NCBI GenBank assembly: GCA_020184695.1
Contig: JAANOX010000061.1
Span: 599,148 to 663,147 of the forward strand
Direction of reading: 5' to 3'
Source of the DNA: Histomonas meleagridis 2922-C6/04-290x
Lineage: Eukaryota; Protista; Parabasalia
DNA: 64,000 nt
The notes under the pieces were generated by a model. That model was not told where the DNA came from. It ran no database searches and saw nothing but the letters and a program-made list of their open reading frames with translations. The position numbers and the translations under genes were made by a program. Shown piece after piece: positions 10,402-23,199 of the stretch. Numbering within the stretch: position 1 is the stretch's first letter; the number at the start of each line of letters is the position of its first letter.

Positions 10402-13159
10402 ATGGAAAAAGAGCTTTCAAGAAATGAAAATGATGGATTTCCTGATAAATTGGAAACACTACTACTAATTAGCAAAATAATATTTGAATTGAATCGAGAA
10501 AATATCACAGAATCTTCAAGTTTCATAATCAAAAAATTTGATGATGAGCATCCATTATCTTTTAATTTAATAATTAGTCAAATAATATTTTCTGTATTGA
10601 TAGCAAGACAGAAAGATTTTGATATATATATTAAATTTTTAGAAGAAATTGAACAATTTGAAGAAACAAAACAAATTAAAAACAAAATATTTGAAATATT
10701 TACTAAGTTTCTGCTTTTTGATGGACATACACAAGATGCATATTTTCTTCTCAATGAAATGGTTGAACATAATTTTTATCCAAAAAAATGTACTGTTGGA
10801 ACATAAAAAGATTTCATATTTTGTACATTATATGACCAATGAAGAAATTCAACAAATGATTAAATATAATCAAAAATTTAAATATGAAATCAAAAAGAAT
10901 ATTTTAAAAAAAGAAAAATATAGGTTCATCGATAAAATTAACGAACAATATGAAGAACTTTCAAAGAATGATTGGGAATTACATAAGCAATTAATTAGAG
11001 AAGGAGTAAACCCGAATAAAATTGGGAAAATAATTCGAAATGATGAAATAGAGAAACTTCAAGAAATATCATCACAAACAAATTTTGATTTTAAACAAAC
11101 AATTAAACCATCACTTTATGAAAAATGTTCATTTATTAATCAAAAAAATGTTTCATTAATTGATTATGCAGCATTTTTTGGATCAGTTAAATGTTTCAAA
11201 TATTTACTTATGAATGGTGCAAAAGTAGAAAACACAGGCAAATATACAATTGCAGGTGAAAATAAAGAAATTATTCATTTATGTGACCAAAATAATTCAA
11301 CATTTGAAGGTGTTTATGAAACAGCAATTCAATTCCATCGAAATGATATCTTTCATTATTTTTATGATAATACATTAAAAGAAATTAATAATTTAGAAGA
11401 ATTAGGAAAGCTTTGCATTTTACATCATAATTATGAAATAATTTCATTTTTACTTAAAGAAGGAATGAAAATCAATAATGATATTATTAATGAAGCAGCA
11501 AATATTGGAAATATTTTTTTAGTTGAATATTTTCTTAAAGAACATTCAATTCCGCATGATATATTGGTCAACTCTGCAATATCATTGAATAACGAACTTG
11601 TTGAATATATGTTGAAACAAGAAGGAATTGATATTAATGCTAAAGATATTTATTTATTTTATTTGATATTTATTTTGATATATTAATATTTCAAAATAAT
11701 ATTTGGAAATCATTTAAAATATTTGAAACAGCACTTATATGGGCATCAGAAAATGGTAAAATAGAAATCGTTAAATTACTTCTTGAACAAGAAGGAATTG
11801 ATATTAATGCTAAAGATATTTATTTGCTTTATTTGATATTTATTTTAATAATTTTATATTTCAAAATAATATTTGGAAAATATTTAAATTATTTCAAACA
11901 GCACTTATTTTAGCATCTTCAAAAGGTTATACAGAAATAGTTAAAATACTTCTTAAACAAGAAGGAATTGATATTAATGTTAAAAATATTTATTTGTTTT
12001 ATTTGAAATTTATTTTAATAATTTAATATTTCAAAATAATATTTGGAAATCATTTAAAATATTTGAAACAGCATTTATTTTTGCTGCTTTAAATGGTCAT
12101 ATATAAATTGTTAAATTACTTCTTGAACAAGAAGGAATTGATATTAATGCTAAAAATATTTATTTGTATTGTTTGATATTTATTTTAATAATTTTATATT
12201 TCAAAATAATATTTGGAAATTATTTAAAATATTTGATACAGCACTTATGTATGCATCTTATTATGGTCAAATAGAAACAGTTAAATTACTTCTTAAACAA
12301 AAGGGAATTGATATTAATGTTAAAAATATTTATTTGCTTTATTTAAAATTTATTTCAATAACTGGATGTTTTAATAAAATTTTTGGAATTTCTTTGAATT
12401 ATTTGATACAGCACTTATTTGGGCATCAGAAAATGGTCAAATAGAAACAATTAAATTACTTCTTGAACAAGAAGGAATTGATATTAATGTTAAAAATATT
12501 TATTTGTTTTATTTAGAATTTATTTCAATAACTGGATGTTTTAATAAAATTTTTGGAATTTCTTTAAATTATTTAGAACAGCACTTATTTGGGCATCAGA
12601 AAATGGTCAAATAGAAACAATTAAATTACTTCTTGAACAAGAAGGAATTGATATTAATGTTAAAAATATTTATTTGTTTTATTTAGAATTTATTTCAATA
12701 ACTGGATGTTTTAATAAAATTTTTGGAATTTCTTTAAATTATTTTGCACAACGCTTATGGAAGCATCTAAAAAAGGTGATACAAAAATGGTCAAATTACT
12801 TCTTGAACAAAAGGGAATTGATATTAATGCTAAACTTATTTATATACTTTATTTGATAATTATTTTTATATTTTTATGTTGTAAAATATATAAAACAGCA
12901 CTTATGTATGCATGTGAATATGGTCATATAGAAGTAGTTAAATTACTTCTTGAACAAGAAGGAATTGATATTGAAGCTAAAAATATTTATTTGTTTTAAT
13001 TAATATTTATTTTTAATAATTTGAAATTTTAATATGATATTTAGAAATAATTTAAATTATTTGAAATAGCTCTTAGGATAGCATCTAAAAAAGGGTTACA
13101 CAGAAATAGTGGATTTAATTCGAGAAAAATCAAGAAAATCACAATGTGAGCACAGTTAA
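10402..13159 (+). CDS. DUF3447 + ankyrin-repeat gene 1; A-run frameshift near 10790, and about 9 ankyrin units separated by AT-rich spacers
   Basis: ORFs 10402-10806 and 10649-11686 join across a 7-A run. DUF3447-type SLIDYAAFFGSVKCFKYL...AIQFHRNDIF, then repeated TALxxASxxGxxEIVKLLLEQEGIDINAKD units; last unit ends at TAA 13157-13159. Confidence 0.75.
11611..13110 (+). repeat. tandem array of 170-nt ankyrin-plus-spacer units
   Basis: The AAA codon motif (TAAA) of NAK recurs at 11641, 11811, 11981, 12151, 12321, 12491, 12661 and 12831. Confidence 0.97.
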
Positions 13160-13943
13160 ATATTCAATAATTATTTAATGAAAACAATAAAACATTAATA
13201 TAAAAGCGAAATATATTCTTAAAATATTCAAATTATGTCTCTTATTTTATAACGGAATGTTCATATACGGAATTCATAAAATATTGAGATAAAATTAAAT
13301 GTTATATTTCAGCTCACGAAACAAAATTATTCTTTATCTGGTTTTATGATAGATTTATAATAAATTACACACAGACACCGAACTAATTACGAAAATACTG
13401 AACAAAATTCTCCAAGACGAAATAAACAAAAGAAAATATTTTCACAAATACCAAAATTAAATCAACAAAACATCAAGAATCAAAAAGAAATAAGAACCAT
13501 AAATTTTTATTGCATGACGAAACACTTGATCAATTCGAAGAAATTGTTTAAAATATACAAAAAAAAAATTGTTGATATCAGAATTAAACTTGATCAAGTT
13601 GAAGAAGACAATTACAATTTGGAAAAAGGAAATGTTAAATTGGAAGAAGTTCTCACATCACTCAAAAAAGAAGATAAAATAAAACAAGGTGCTAATTAGT
13701 ACAAGAAGCAAAGTTATTGTTGTCGATTTCATGCCATGCATCTATTTTTAGTAAAAATGCTATTTGAAATTCATTTTCATGGAAATCAAAGATTTAATGA
13801 AACACATTTTACAATATTTATCAATTATTAAAAAAAAACAAAAAATTAATAATAACTGATTTCATATGAAATTGCAATTTGATAAATTAAAATTTTTCAT
13901 TTTAAAGAATGTTTTCAACAAAATTCATAATTCAGAATATTTA

Positions 13944-16900
13944 TTAAAACTCCAAATCTGCAAAGTTTGCAATATCGGCTAAACAGTTGTTACATATTAT
14001 CGACTTTTGGTCAACCTTACAGCAGTTCTTACAGTAGTGCAATCCGCATGATTCACATGTGTAGTATCTAAATCCTGTTTCATCACATTTTGCACATCCA
14101 AAAATTGTATCTACTTTCACTAAAGACTTATTAATTCCTCTAGACACAAACATTTTCGTTTCATTTTTCTCGTTCACTACATATAACCCAGAACCATTTT
14201 CAATGATTTTCATCACTTTAATTTCAAAATTAGAAAATTGAATTTTTTTCTTCATTTCAAGTGTTTGATTCATCAAATCAATATTCCAAAACGCAATGTC
14301 ACCATTCTTATGACCTGTTGTAATATAAATTATTGTATCATTTAAACAAACGGACGCAGCGGTTATTTCGGTTTCTACGATATCACTGGTCATAACCGCC
14401 GCCACTTTTGTTCCATTAACCGTAAATATTTCAATGAAATTTGAGCCCACTCCGATCAAATAATTGAATGAGTCATTTACGAGTAAATCAATTAAATCAT
14501 CTTGAAACTCGATCATTCTAATGAATCTTAAGCTTGAAATATGGAAACTAAACACGTAATTACCAGCCATTTCGAACACCGCGTTTAAGTTACTTGATAT
14601 AACACATTTTACGAAATTGTTAAAAATTCTTCTTGAGATATCAAACGGAACAAAACATTTTCCAATCGATATAAACTTTTCTATTTGATTTTTCATGTTA
14701 ATTATTGTGTTAAATAGTATTAATGTACCATTTTTAAACATTCCAGCGAATATTAATTTTTCTTCAGAGAATGCACAAAATTTTAATTCGGAAATTTTCC
14801 AATTGAACATTCCGTCGCTTATTACAATGTTTTTATCATTAAAGTTATAAAATTTCCGGACACTTTCCAATCCGAATGTACCATTTTTCTTTACAAATAT
14901 ATAATCATTATCATTCACATAAAACGATTTAAACATTTGCGACAAAATTTGATCTGTTTCTATTAGCAAAGGCTTTTTTGAATATTTAATTGTATCTTTT
15001 GACGGATGTTTCTCATTAAATAATTTCGTTGGTATAATTCCACAATTTTTTGCGCATTCTTCGATTTCTTCTTTAGTTGAAATGTTTTGCGTTGGTAATC
15101 CATAAACAGTTGGGTTAAATACATTTATAGCGTTTATAGCTTCTTCTCCATCATTTTTATATCCGAATATTAAATCGATCCAATTTTCGATTCCATTTAT
15201 ATTATCTAAAATATTCCTTAAATTCTCAATCATCGAAATTATATTTTCATTTTGTTCTAATATATAATCAGAAGTTACATTATTTTCAGATATTGGAAAA
15301 GGAATTTGATTAATATTAATATATATCTCTGGTATTAACTCTTCTAAATTCGATTTACATGTGTTACTAGCAGAGATATATTCATTGTTTAATGATCGAA
15401 ATATTCGATCTGGATGTTCAAAACCATTTTGGAACTCGATCATGAAAGTAGTGAATGGTTGAATTCGCATTAAGAAATGAAATATGATACATGGAGATGA
15501 ATAAAATATGTTATAAAAGAAATGTGGTTCATTTTCTTGATACACTTGTCGGAAATATTCATTACGTGTATTAGTTTGTTTTCCCATAGGTTTACTTAAG
15601 TCTCGATTATTATTAACCCAAGGAATGATTGGATATTGTGATATAGTATTAAAACTTCGATTAGAATAATAATTTAGAATTAATAAGTATATAAATGTTG
15701 ATATTTTGTTTTTGATCCATTTCTTTTGATATTTTTTAATTATATTTGTTTTGTTTTGTTGATAAGTTTTAAATAATTTATATGAAAATGAAATCGAAAA
15801 ATTGTTTTTATTTTCGGATTTTAAGATTAAATTTTTTAATTTAAGAGTTTGAATGAAATTATTACAAATTGTTTCATTAGTAAATAATATATATAATGAA
15901 TAACCTTTAATGAAATATAACTCTAATGCATTCGATTTAAATAAATAATTATGTTTGAAATATAATAAAATTTCATTATCATTAAATTGTAATATAATAT
16001 GATCTAAAAATATGAAATTTTTCCCATAATAATTACCAACACATGAATCCAAAAACATTGAATTAATCAAAGAAGTTGACTTATTTAATAATATAATAAT
16101 ATTATTTTCTGTTTTAGTTTCAAGTATTATATAATATGAACTTTTAGTTCTTATTAAAACAGATGGAATTTTATTATATCCATAAATGATTTCAATGTTT
16201 GTTAATTCATTAATTTTAGTGTTATTATAATATTCAAAAAAGAATTTTATTAATTCATTTTCGATATTAAAAAATGGTTGTGATATATAATTAGGTAATG
16301 TTTTAGGGATTTCAGTATATTTTAATATATAATTTCCATTTAAATATAATGTTCGATTTAATAGATTTCCATATTCTTGAAAATTATTAATGTTTATATC
16401 AGATAAATATGGTATATATAATGATGGAATTGATATTGGATGAATTGTTGGCGATATTTGATATTGATTTATGAATTTATATGGTAATATTCGATATAAA
16501 TTATATGAATCTTTTTCATTACGTAAATTTAATATATTAAAACGAGTTTCAAAACAAAATAATTCAATTCGTTGGAAATATATATGAAATTTATTTTGTT
16601 CTTCAATATCATTAATAATTATTTGATGACTAGTTAATGCTTTTCTTTTTCGTTTAATTTCTTCATAAATATTCGTTAAATTATTCGTTTTCTCTGAGAT
16701 GAAATTTTCGTAATAATATTTCCCTTTTTCACATAATATTTCATAGAAATTTTTATCAATTAATTGTAAATTTGTAAAATATGTAGAAATTAACATATTA
16801 TCATCTAATAATCGTGAAAAATCATTATCTTTAGGTAAATTAAATAATTCATTTAATTCATTATGATTTATTTGTTTGATATTTATAATCAATGATTTCC

Positions 16901-19900
16901 ATATTGAAGCTCGATGTACTAATGGAATTCTTTTTAAAGAAATCATTAAACATAATATGAAAAAAATAAATGATAAATATGAAATGTTTTTTTAATTAAT
17001 ATTGGATTAAATATTACATTAGTAAACATATAAATTCGCATTGTTAAATAATCAGATGATAATGTTAAAATACATTTTATAACTTCTCCAAACTTTAACC
17101 ATATTTCTTCATTATTTTTTTATTATTATTATTATTATTTATAATTCGTTGAAATGATAAACATAATGTGTTAAATAATAATGAAAGTTTTCGTTCCCAC
17201 CAACCAATTGATATCATTTTAATTAAGAAATTTAATGTTTCGATTTCAGGTACCATAATATTTATAAATGATAACATTATTAATTGATGAATATTTATAA
17301 TATAATTTGGTTCTATATTAACACCAAATAATAATAACTTATCAAGTGTTTTAGTTAATTGTTCTCCATGAACTTGACATAAACATTGTGTATTTAATTG
17401 TATTATTAAATTTATTAAATTCAAACTTTTATCAAAATCAATTTCATTAATATTATTATTATTTAATACATTTTCATTATTTAATGGTATTAAAGTTTTC
17501 GTTAATATTATATCACAAGTTTTCGAGATTGAATCAGATGTAATACCAAACCATAAATCTTTAAATGAAAGAAATTCATTTGATTTAGGGAAATCTGGTC
17601 TAATATTAATAATAGGATCATTTCGTGGAATATTTATATTATCAATTTCGATTGGCATTCGACAAGGTTCAAATGAATTACCATAATCAAATGGTAATAA
17701 AATACTTTCATTTATGGTTATACCGAAATGAGATAATTGACGTATATCTTCTATAAATGGATATAATTCGATGTTGTTATTTAATGTTATAAATGTTATT
17801 GTGTCTAAAACTTCATATAATAAAAATGAAGTTGAATTCATTTGAAAGAAATCACAAAAAAGAGTGAAAAATATATGAAGAATTCCTTGATTTTGTATAA
17901 TTTCATTACGATATAATGAGAAATCATTTAAATTTTTATATGTTAATAATATTAATAATGAAAACCAAAAATCTTTAATTTCAACTAAGTTTTTAAATGA
18001 TGGAATTAATTCAATTAATGAATTTTCATCATATAAATTATGATTATTCATACATAATAATGAATAATTTTTGATGTATTTTAATATTAAATTAGATGAA
18101 AGATTATTTACATATTTAATATTAATATAATCAATGATTTTTGGATTTTCTTTTAATAATTTGTTTAATAATGAATTCGGAGTTTTATTAAATAAATGGA
18201 TTGTAAATGATGAAATTGTATTTTGATGATTTTTAATTAAATATATTAATAAATCTTCAATTTCTTTAGATGAAATATGTAAAAAAATTATTAAATCATA
18301 AAAGAAATGAATTAATGATAAATTATTTAATGTCTTTTGTTCTATTGGATAATATTCGAAATAATTTAATAACTTAACACATATTATATTTAATTTTTCA
18401 TATAATTTAATCCATAAGTTATAATCTATAAATAAATTATAAAACAATTTCCATTTCATTTTATCATTATCTAATAAAACTTCAAATAATAATTCAAGTA
18501 ATTCTTCAGTTATAAATTCATTTTTAATTAATAAAATTTGTCGTAAATTAGAAATGAATTTTATCGAATTTACTTTTTTCTTTCTAATTATAAATATATT
18601 AATTAATGACTTTAAATAATATTCAAAGTTTTGTTTGTTGTCACAATTAATAATTTCTTCGAAAATTCGTGGAATTGCATTAATATAAGGCATATGTTTT
18701 ATAAATCCTTTATATTTCACATTTAATATACCTTTACCTAATTGGAACTTAAATTTATTTGATTGCTTAATATAAAATGTTGAACCTGGTGCATTTAATC
18801 TTGATCCAATTATACATAAATTTGTTTCATTATTTGTAATATTTATTTGTAATGAAGTTATTAAATTATTATCATAATATAAATCATTGTTTTTCAATTG
18901 GATTTTATGCCATTTATGTAATTGATAATCAAATGATTTATCTTCATAAATTATTTTTTCATTTTCACATATTAATTTTATTTTCCCAATTTCTAAAATT
19001 TGGAAATTATTAACAAATTCATCGATTCTAAACTTAAATGAGAAATTTGTATCAGTTATATATATAAACGAATCATTTTGATTCATTTGAAATTGGAAAA
19101 CATCTTTATGAGGAAATAAAGGATTTGTAATATTAAATAATAATTCGGAATTTTTTATAACATCAGAAGCAATTCGATTAGTTAAATATTGTACACCCAA
19201 TTTATTTAATAATGAAGAATTTACATCTATTATACTATTTTTAATTAAATTCTTTGCTGATACATAATAATCAAATAAAGAACAAAATTCGATGTTATCA
19301 ATATGAGGAATTAATGAAGGAATTCGAATAATTTTTATAGGAACGTCATTTGAATTTTGTGGTATAGCATAAGTTAATTTAATTAATTGTTCTTGAGTTA
19401 AATTAACTAAAGGAGAATCATCGAAATTAATTAATATATAATTATCTATTATTTCATAAGGTCCATCTTTTACTAAATATGAAAGTATATCAATTAAATT
19501 ATTTTTAATTACTAATTCGATGAATTCAGTACATAATAATTCATGTAATAATAATGGCTCATTTAATAAATTAGGAAATAACATAATAAATTCTTTGCTT
19601 TTAATTAATTGTGGAAATGATTCAATAAAAATATCTTTATATAGAACTGGTGATAATGATTTACAAATAGTAATAAATGTATTTATAATCGATTTAATAT
19701 TATGTTGACATATCATTAATATAATTCGTATGAAATATTTAAATATATCTTCCGAATCTGATGATAATATAAACAAGCCAACTATTAACTCTTGGAAATG
19801 TGGATGATTATCAAATGATTTAAGTATTATATCTTCTTCTGACATTATTAAAATGTTATCTAAAACTTCAATCGAATTAATTTGTTTGGACTTTTTAATG

Positions 19901-20898
19901 TATTCAAGTAATACAAGTCCATCAATTCGACATTTAAATGGTGGAATTAATGTTTTATTAATTTGTTTTATGAAATCATTCGATTGATTTTTTAATATAA
20001 TATTTATCATCGAAAATTGGTCATCAATTGGTAATAACCCTATAAATTGTATTAAGTTAATTAACGAATATGAAAATTCCGGATTTTTGTTGATGAAAAA
20101 GATAAATTGTGTACCAATTTCTTGCGATGTAATTGTCTTACTTAATTCATCAAATTCATGTAAAGTTTGTTTCCGATCAATTAAATAAAGTTTATGATAT
20201 ATATCACATACTTTTATGCGAAGAATTGAAGAATTTATTAAATTGTAATTAATCGGAATATTCGCCTTTTGATATATCGCAACAAAAAGTTCAAGATGCG
20301 CTTCATTCTCAATGGTTGGACTAGGATCAATGCCTACAAGAATATCTGAATTGAGTTTTGTGCATTTGTTTATGCAATTTTTTAGAAATGTTAATGTTAT
20401 TGATAATGTTTTGGGATTAGAAAAACAAACATGATATACTTCGGAAAAATAAGATGGGGTTGTAATGAGATTAATAAACGATTTGTTATTTGTAATGTTG
20501 TTTAATATTTGTAACAAATTATTTGTTGAAAATTTATTATCGGAAATTATAATTAATTTAGTTAAGCGCAATAAAATTTGACTCATGTCAGTCTTTTCTG
20601 GTATACAATAAGAAGCAGATTCAAAACATTGATATAAAAAATTATCATCTTTATCTTTCTCTAAAGAATCGCATAAACATGGAATTAAATATGTTAAAAA
20701 AACTTCAATGTCATCACGAATAGGAAGTTGTGATATTTCTTCTGGTGAATATGGAAAAAAAGTATCAATATAATTTATTGCACATTGTTGTATTTTAGCA
20801 AAATCACAATCAACACTTAGAGAACTAACAAGCATTAGAAACTCATTAAATTCTTCTTCATTTTTTTTCTGCAAAATCTTCTTCACGAATGACTTCAT
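13944..20898 (-). CDS. Beige/BEACH domain protein (PH-BEACH-WD40 plus C-terminal Cys-rich finger); one gene split into two ORFs by homopolymer indels
   Basis: ISTFIYLLILNYYSNRSFNTISQYPIIPW, RDLSKPMG, PDRIFRSL, ELIPEIY, WIDLIFGYK; C-terminal CAKC...CESCGLHYCKNC. The duplicate at 27256-28002 reads in frame across the 16946-17095 gap. Confidence 0.9.
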
Positions 20899-21096
20899 TC
20901 TGAATAATTAAATTTTTAATGAATACTTTACATAACTTTACATATCAATTCATCGGTTTCATGTATTTTTGAATACTTTAATTTCAGATCATATTAAATG
21001 GAAATATAGCACTTTTAAATAAGTTATTTTCATCAAAATTAACAAAAGATTATCGATTTAACATTATTTATTTCTAGAATAAAACTTTGACCAGTT

Positions 21097-21651
21097 TTAA
21101 AATGTCATGCAAACTTCTTTTTTCTTTTTTTTTCTGGTTTCCTCTTTTTGCATATCAGACTCCAATTTCATTCTGAAAAGAGCTAAAAATCCTTCTGTAA
21201 TGTTTATATTTAACATTGCTGATGTTTCAAAATATTTTGCGCCAAATTTTGATGCAAGTTCTTCTCCTTGAGATTGACTGATAACACGATTTTCTTTAAG
21301 ATCGCATTTGCTTGCGCAAATAACAATTTGAACATTATTATTTTTAAAATTGATAATATCCTTGCACCGTTGTCCAGCATATTCAAAAGATTCTCTGTCA
21401 TCAATAGAGAAAACAACCATAAAACCATCTCTTTTTGAAGCCATTAATTCAAACATTCTCTCATGCTCAGTGAGATCTTCAGCAATATTAAATGATATAT
21501 CAACTCCATCAATTGATATAGAATATATATAATCATCGATTAATTGTTCAACATATTCTGGGGAATACATCCCATATACGAACTGCCTTATTATTTAAGT
21601 TTTTGCTGCATTTTCTTTTCCAGAAACAGCAACGAAGTACGTATCAGCCAA
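21097..21651 (-). pseudogene. Ras-family small GTPase-like gene with TTG in place of ATG, in-frame TAA at codon 19, and degenerate G1/G3 boxes
   Basis: TTG GCT GAT ACG (21651)...GKENAAKT*IIRQFVYG; SKCDL (G4), ETSA (G5), polybasic KKKKK plus CaaX CMTF. Confidence 0.7.
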
Positions 21652-21733
21652 AATGAAATGATGTTTTAAAACGATTAAAACATTTTCAAAATTCAGTAAA
21701 CCGATAAATGCATAACAACTTTTTTTAAAAAAA

Positions 21734-22669
21734 ATGAGTAATTTTCTAATTTCATATGTTCCAAAAAGTAAAAAGGATATAGAGAAAAGTCTTGAGAAAG
21801 TTTCTTCATCAATTTTAACATTTGATTATAACGCAAATTCAAATAAAGGGTGGAGCTCGATTATTCAATCTGATTTATCGATTGAAGATATTAAAAATGA
21901 ATTCCCAGATTGCCAAGTTACTGTACTTCAATCAAATCAAATTACATTTCCTTACAAGGATTATAAAATTAAAGAATACATTAATATTACACCTTCTTTC
22001 CTTCGTGTGAAGCAGTGCACTCCAGAGATCCATGGTAGTTCTGTCTTATATACAACTGATGATTTTGAATCAGTTTCTCTTGTACATTCTCGTTTCTTAT
22101 CAAGGAAACAATGGACTCATTTTCTCGCTGTCCCAGTTGGAGTACTTTTCCCGGACTTTGACCAAAAAGTTAAACAACAATTTCAACATTTATCCGATAA
22201 AACGCATCTTACATTATGTATGTTGTATGCTGAAAATGATTCCGAAGTTTTACAGTTTTGTGAAGCCTTTGAAGAGGTCATTTACAAAGTTTCATGGCCA
22301 GAAGATCTTTCACTCACTTTGCCAAATCTTGATACATTTGGTGAACCGAACAAAGCTTCGATACTCTATGCAAATCCAGCCGGCAAAATTGTGGATTCGC
22401 TGTTTGAGTTCGTGTCATTGTTTTCTGAAGCATGTCGAGATCGCGGACTTACGTACATAGAACCTGCAAACACTATGCACATGACAGTGATGCGAGCAAG
22501 AAGATCATTCGATGCAACTGAATACATTAAAAATTATGTTCAGCCGCCTCCAATTGATCCACATGAAATTAGATTGGTACAAAGATTCAAGAATGATGAC
22601 GACGGGTTCTATCACACAGTGAAAAAAATCGATTTTCTGGAAACTTCTAATAAAAATGAAGAAAATTAA
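21734..22669 (+). CDS. 2H phosphoesterase, AKAP7/ASCC1-like (2',5'-RNA-ligase-like domain)
   Basis: THFLAVP and two HxT motifs (HLTLCML, HMTVMR). Confidence 0.8.
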   Translation: MSNFLISYVPKSKKDIEKSLEKVSSSILTFDYNANSNKGWSSIIQSDLSIEDIKNEFPDCQVTVLQSNQITFPYKDYKIKEYINITPSFLRVKQCTPEIHGSSVLYTTDDFESVSLVHSRFLSRKQWTHFLAVPVGVLFPDFDQKVKQQFQHLSDKTHLTLCMLYAENDSEVLQFCEAFEEVIYKVSWPEDLSLTLPNLDTFGEPNKASILYANPAGKIVDSLFEFVSLFSEACRDRGLTYIEPANTMHMTVMRARRSFDATEYIKNYVQPPPIDPHEIRLVQRFKNDDDGFYHTVKKIDFLETSNKNEEN

Positions 22670-23199
22670 AATAATAGCAATCATTATTTGTACTAACTTT
22701 TACAAGAATTTAATGAAAATGATTAATTTGTAAATTTTAATTTTCGGAACTGAGTAAGATCTAATCAAAGTATGTCTAGAGGAAATATCTTTTCAACTTC
22801 ATTATTCTCATGTCAAAAATCTTAGGATAGCATTAGATTTTCTAAAGTATTCGAGTAAAATACTTAAAGTTACATTATAATTTATATCTAATTCAAGCTC
22901 AATAGCTAAGCATATTCATTACTGTTAGTGCCAAAATTCCATGGGCAAACGATAGACAAATTAAATGGCCAGGAAGCCGTTTTCCACAGAAAAAAGCATC
23001 GTCATTATGAAATTCCTATCGTTTGTTCAAAACAAATCAATTTAATTCAATTTCTTCTAATTTGAATGTCAAGGCCTCTGAAATTCTTACAGCAAGCATC
23101 ACTGATGGGCTTCATAACAGTTGGGACGAGGGTGACTCCATCATGTTAATTCATAACGGACAAACAGCTGTTGTAACAGCACAAGAATCAGGTACAACA

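Noticed and set aside
11644-11730. Precise excision between the TATTT(G) direct repeats at the spacer ends
   Set aside because: Joining in register with the repeat gives an out-of-frame product or TGA; an in-frame join needs a 1-nt offset.
11720-11735. ACAG in ACA-GCA as a canonical 3' splice site for the spacers
   Set aside because: It would remove the conserved Thr, no GT/GC donor gives an in-frame join, the TAAC branch motif is missing, and the AG is absent in the ACA-ACG unit.
12169-12999. Small ORFs inside the arrays (also 29326-31280 and 45655-46712) as independent genes
   Set aside because: They are single ankyrin units read between frame-shifting spacers, mostly from TTG starts.
11611-13110. 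CRISPR array interpretation of the 170-nt repeats
   Set aside because: The conserved part encodes ankyrin, the spacers are homologous to each other, there are no cas genes, and the context is eukaryotic.
13514-13699. 61-aa coiled-coil-like ORF
   Set aside because: Short; the A-run length differs in the duplicate at 28.7 kb, changing the frame; probably a relic.
12135-21600. Stop-codon reassignment to explain isolated in-frame TAA codons (Ras-like gene; ankyrin unit near 12103)
   Set aside because: TAA terminates many conserved genes here at the expected position (ARPC4, RPL17, p28), and long ORFs have no internal TAA.
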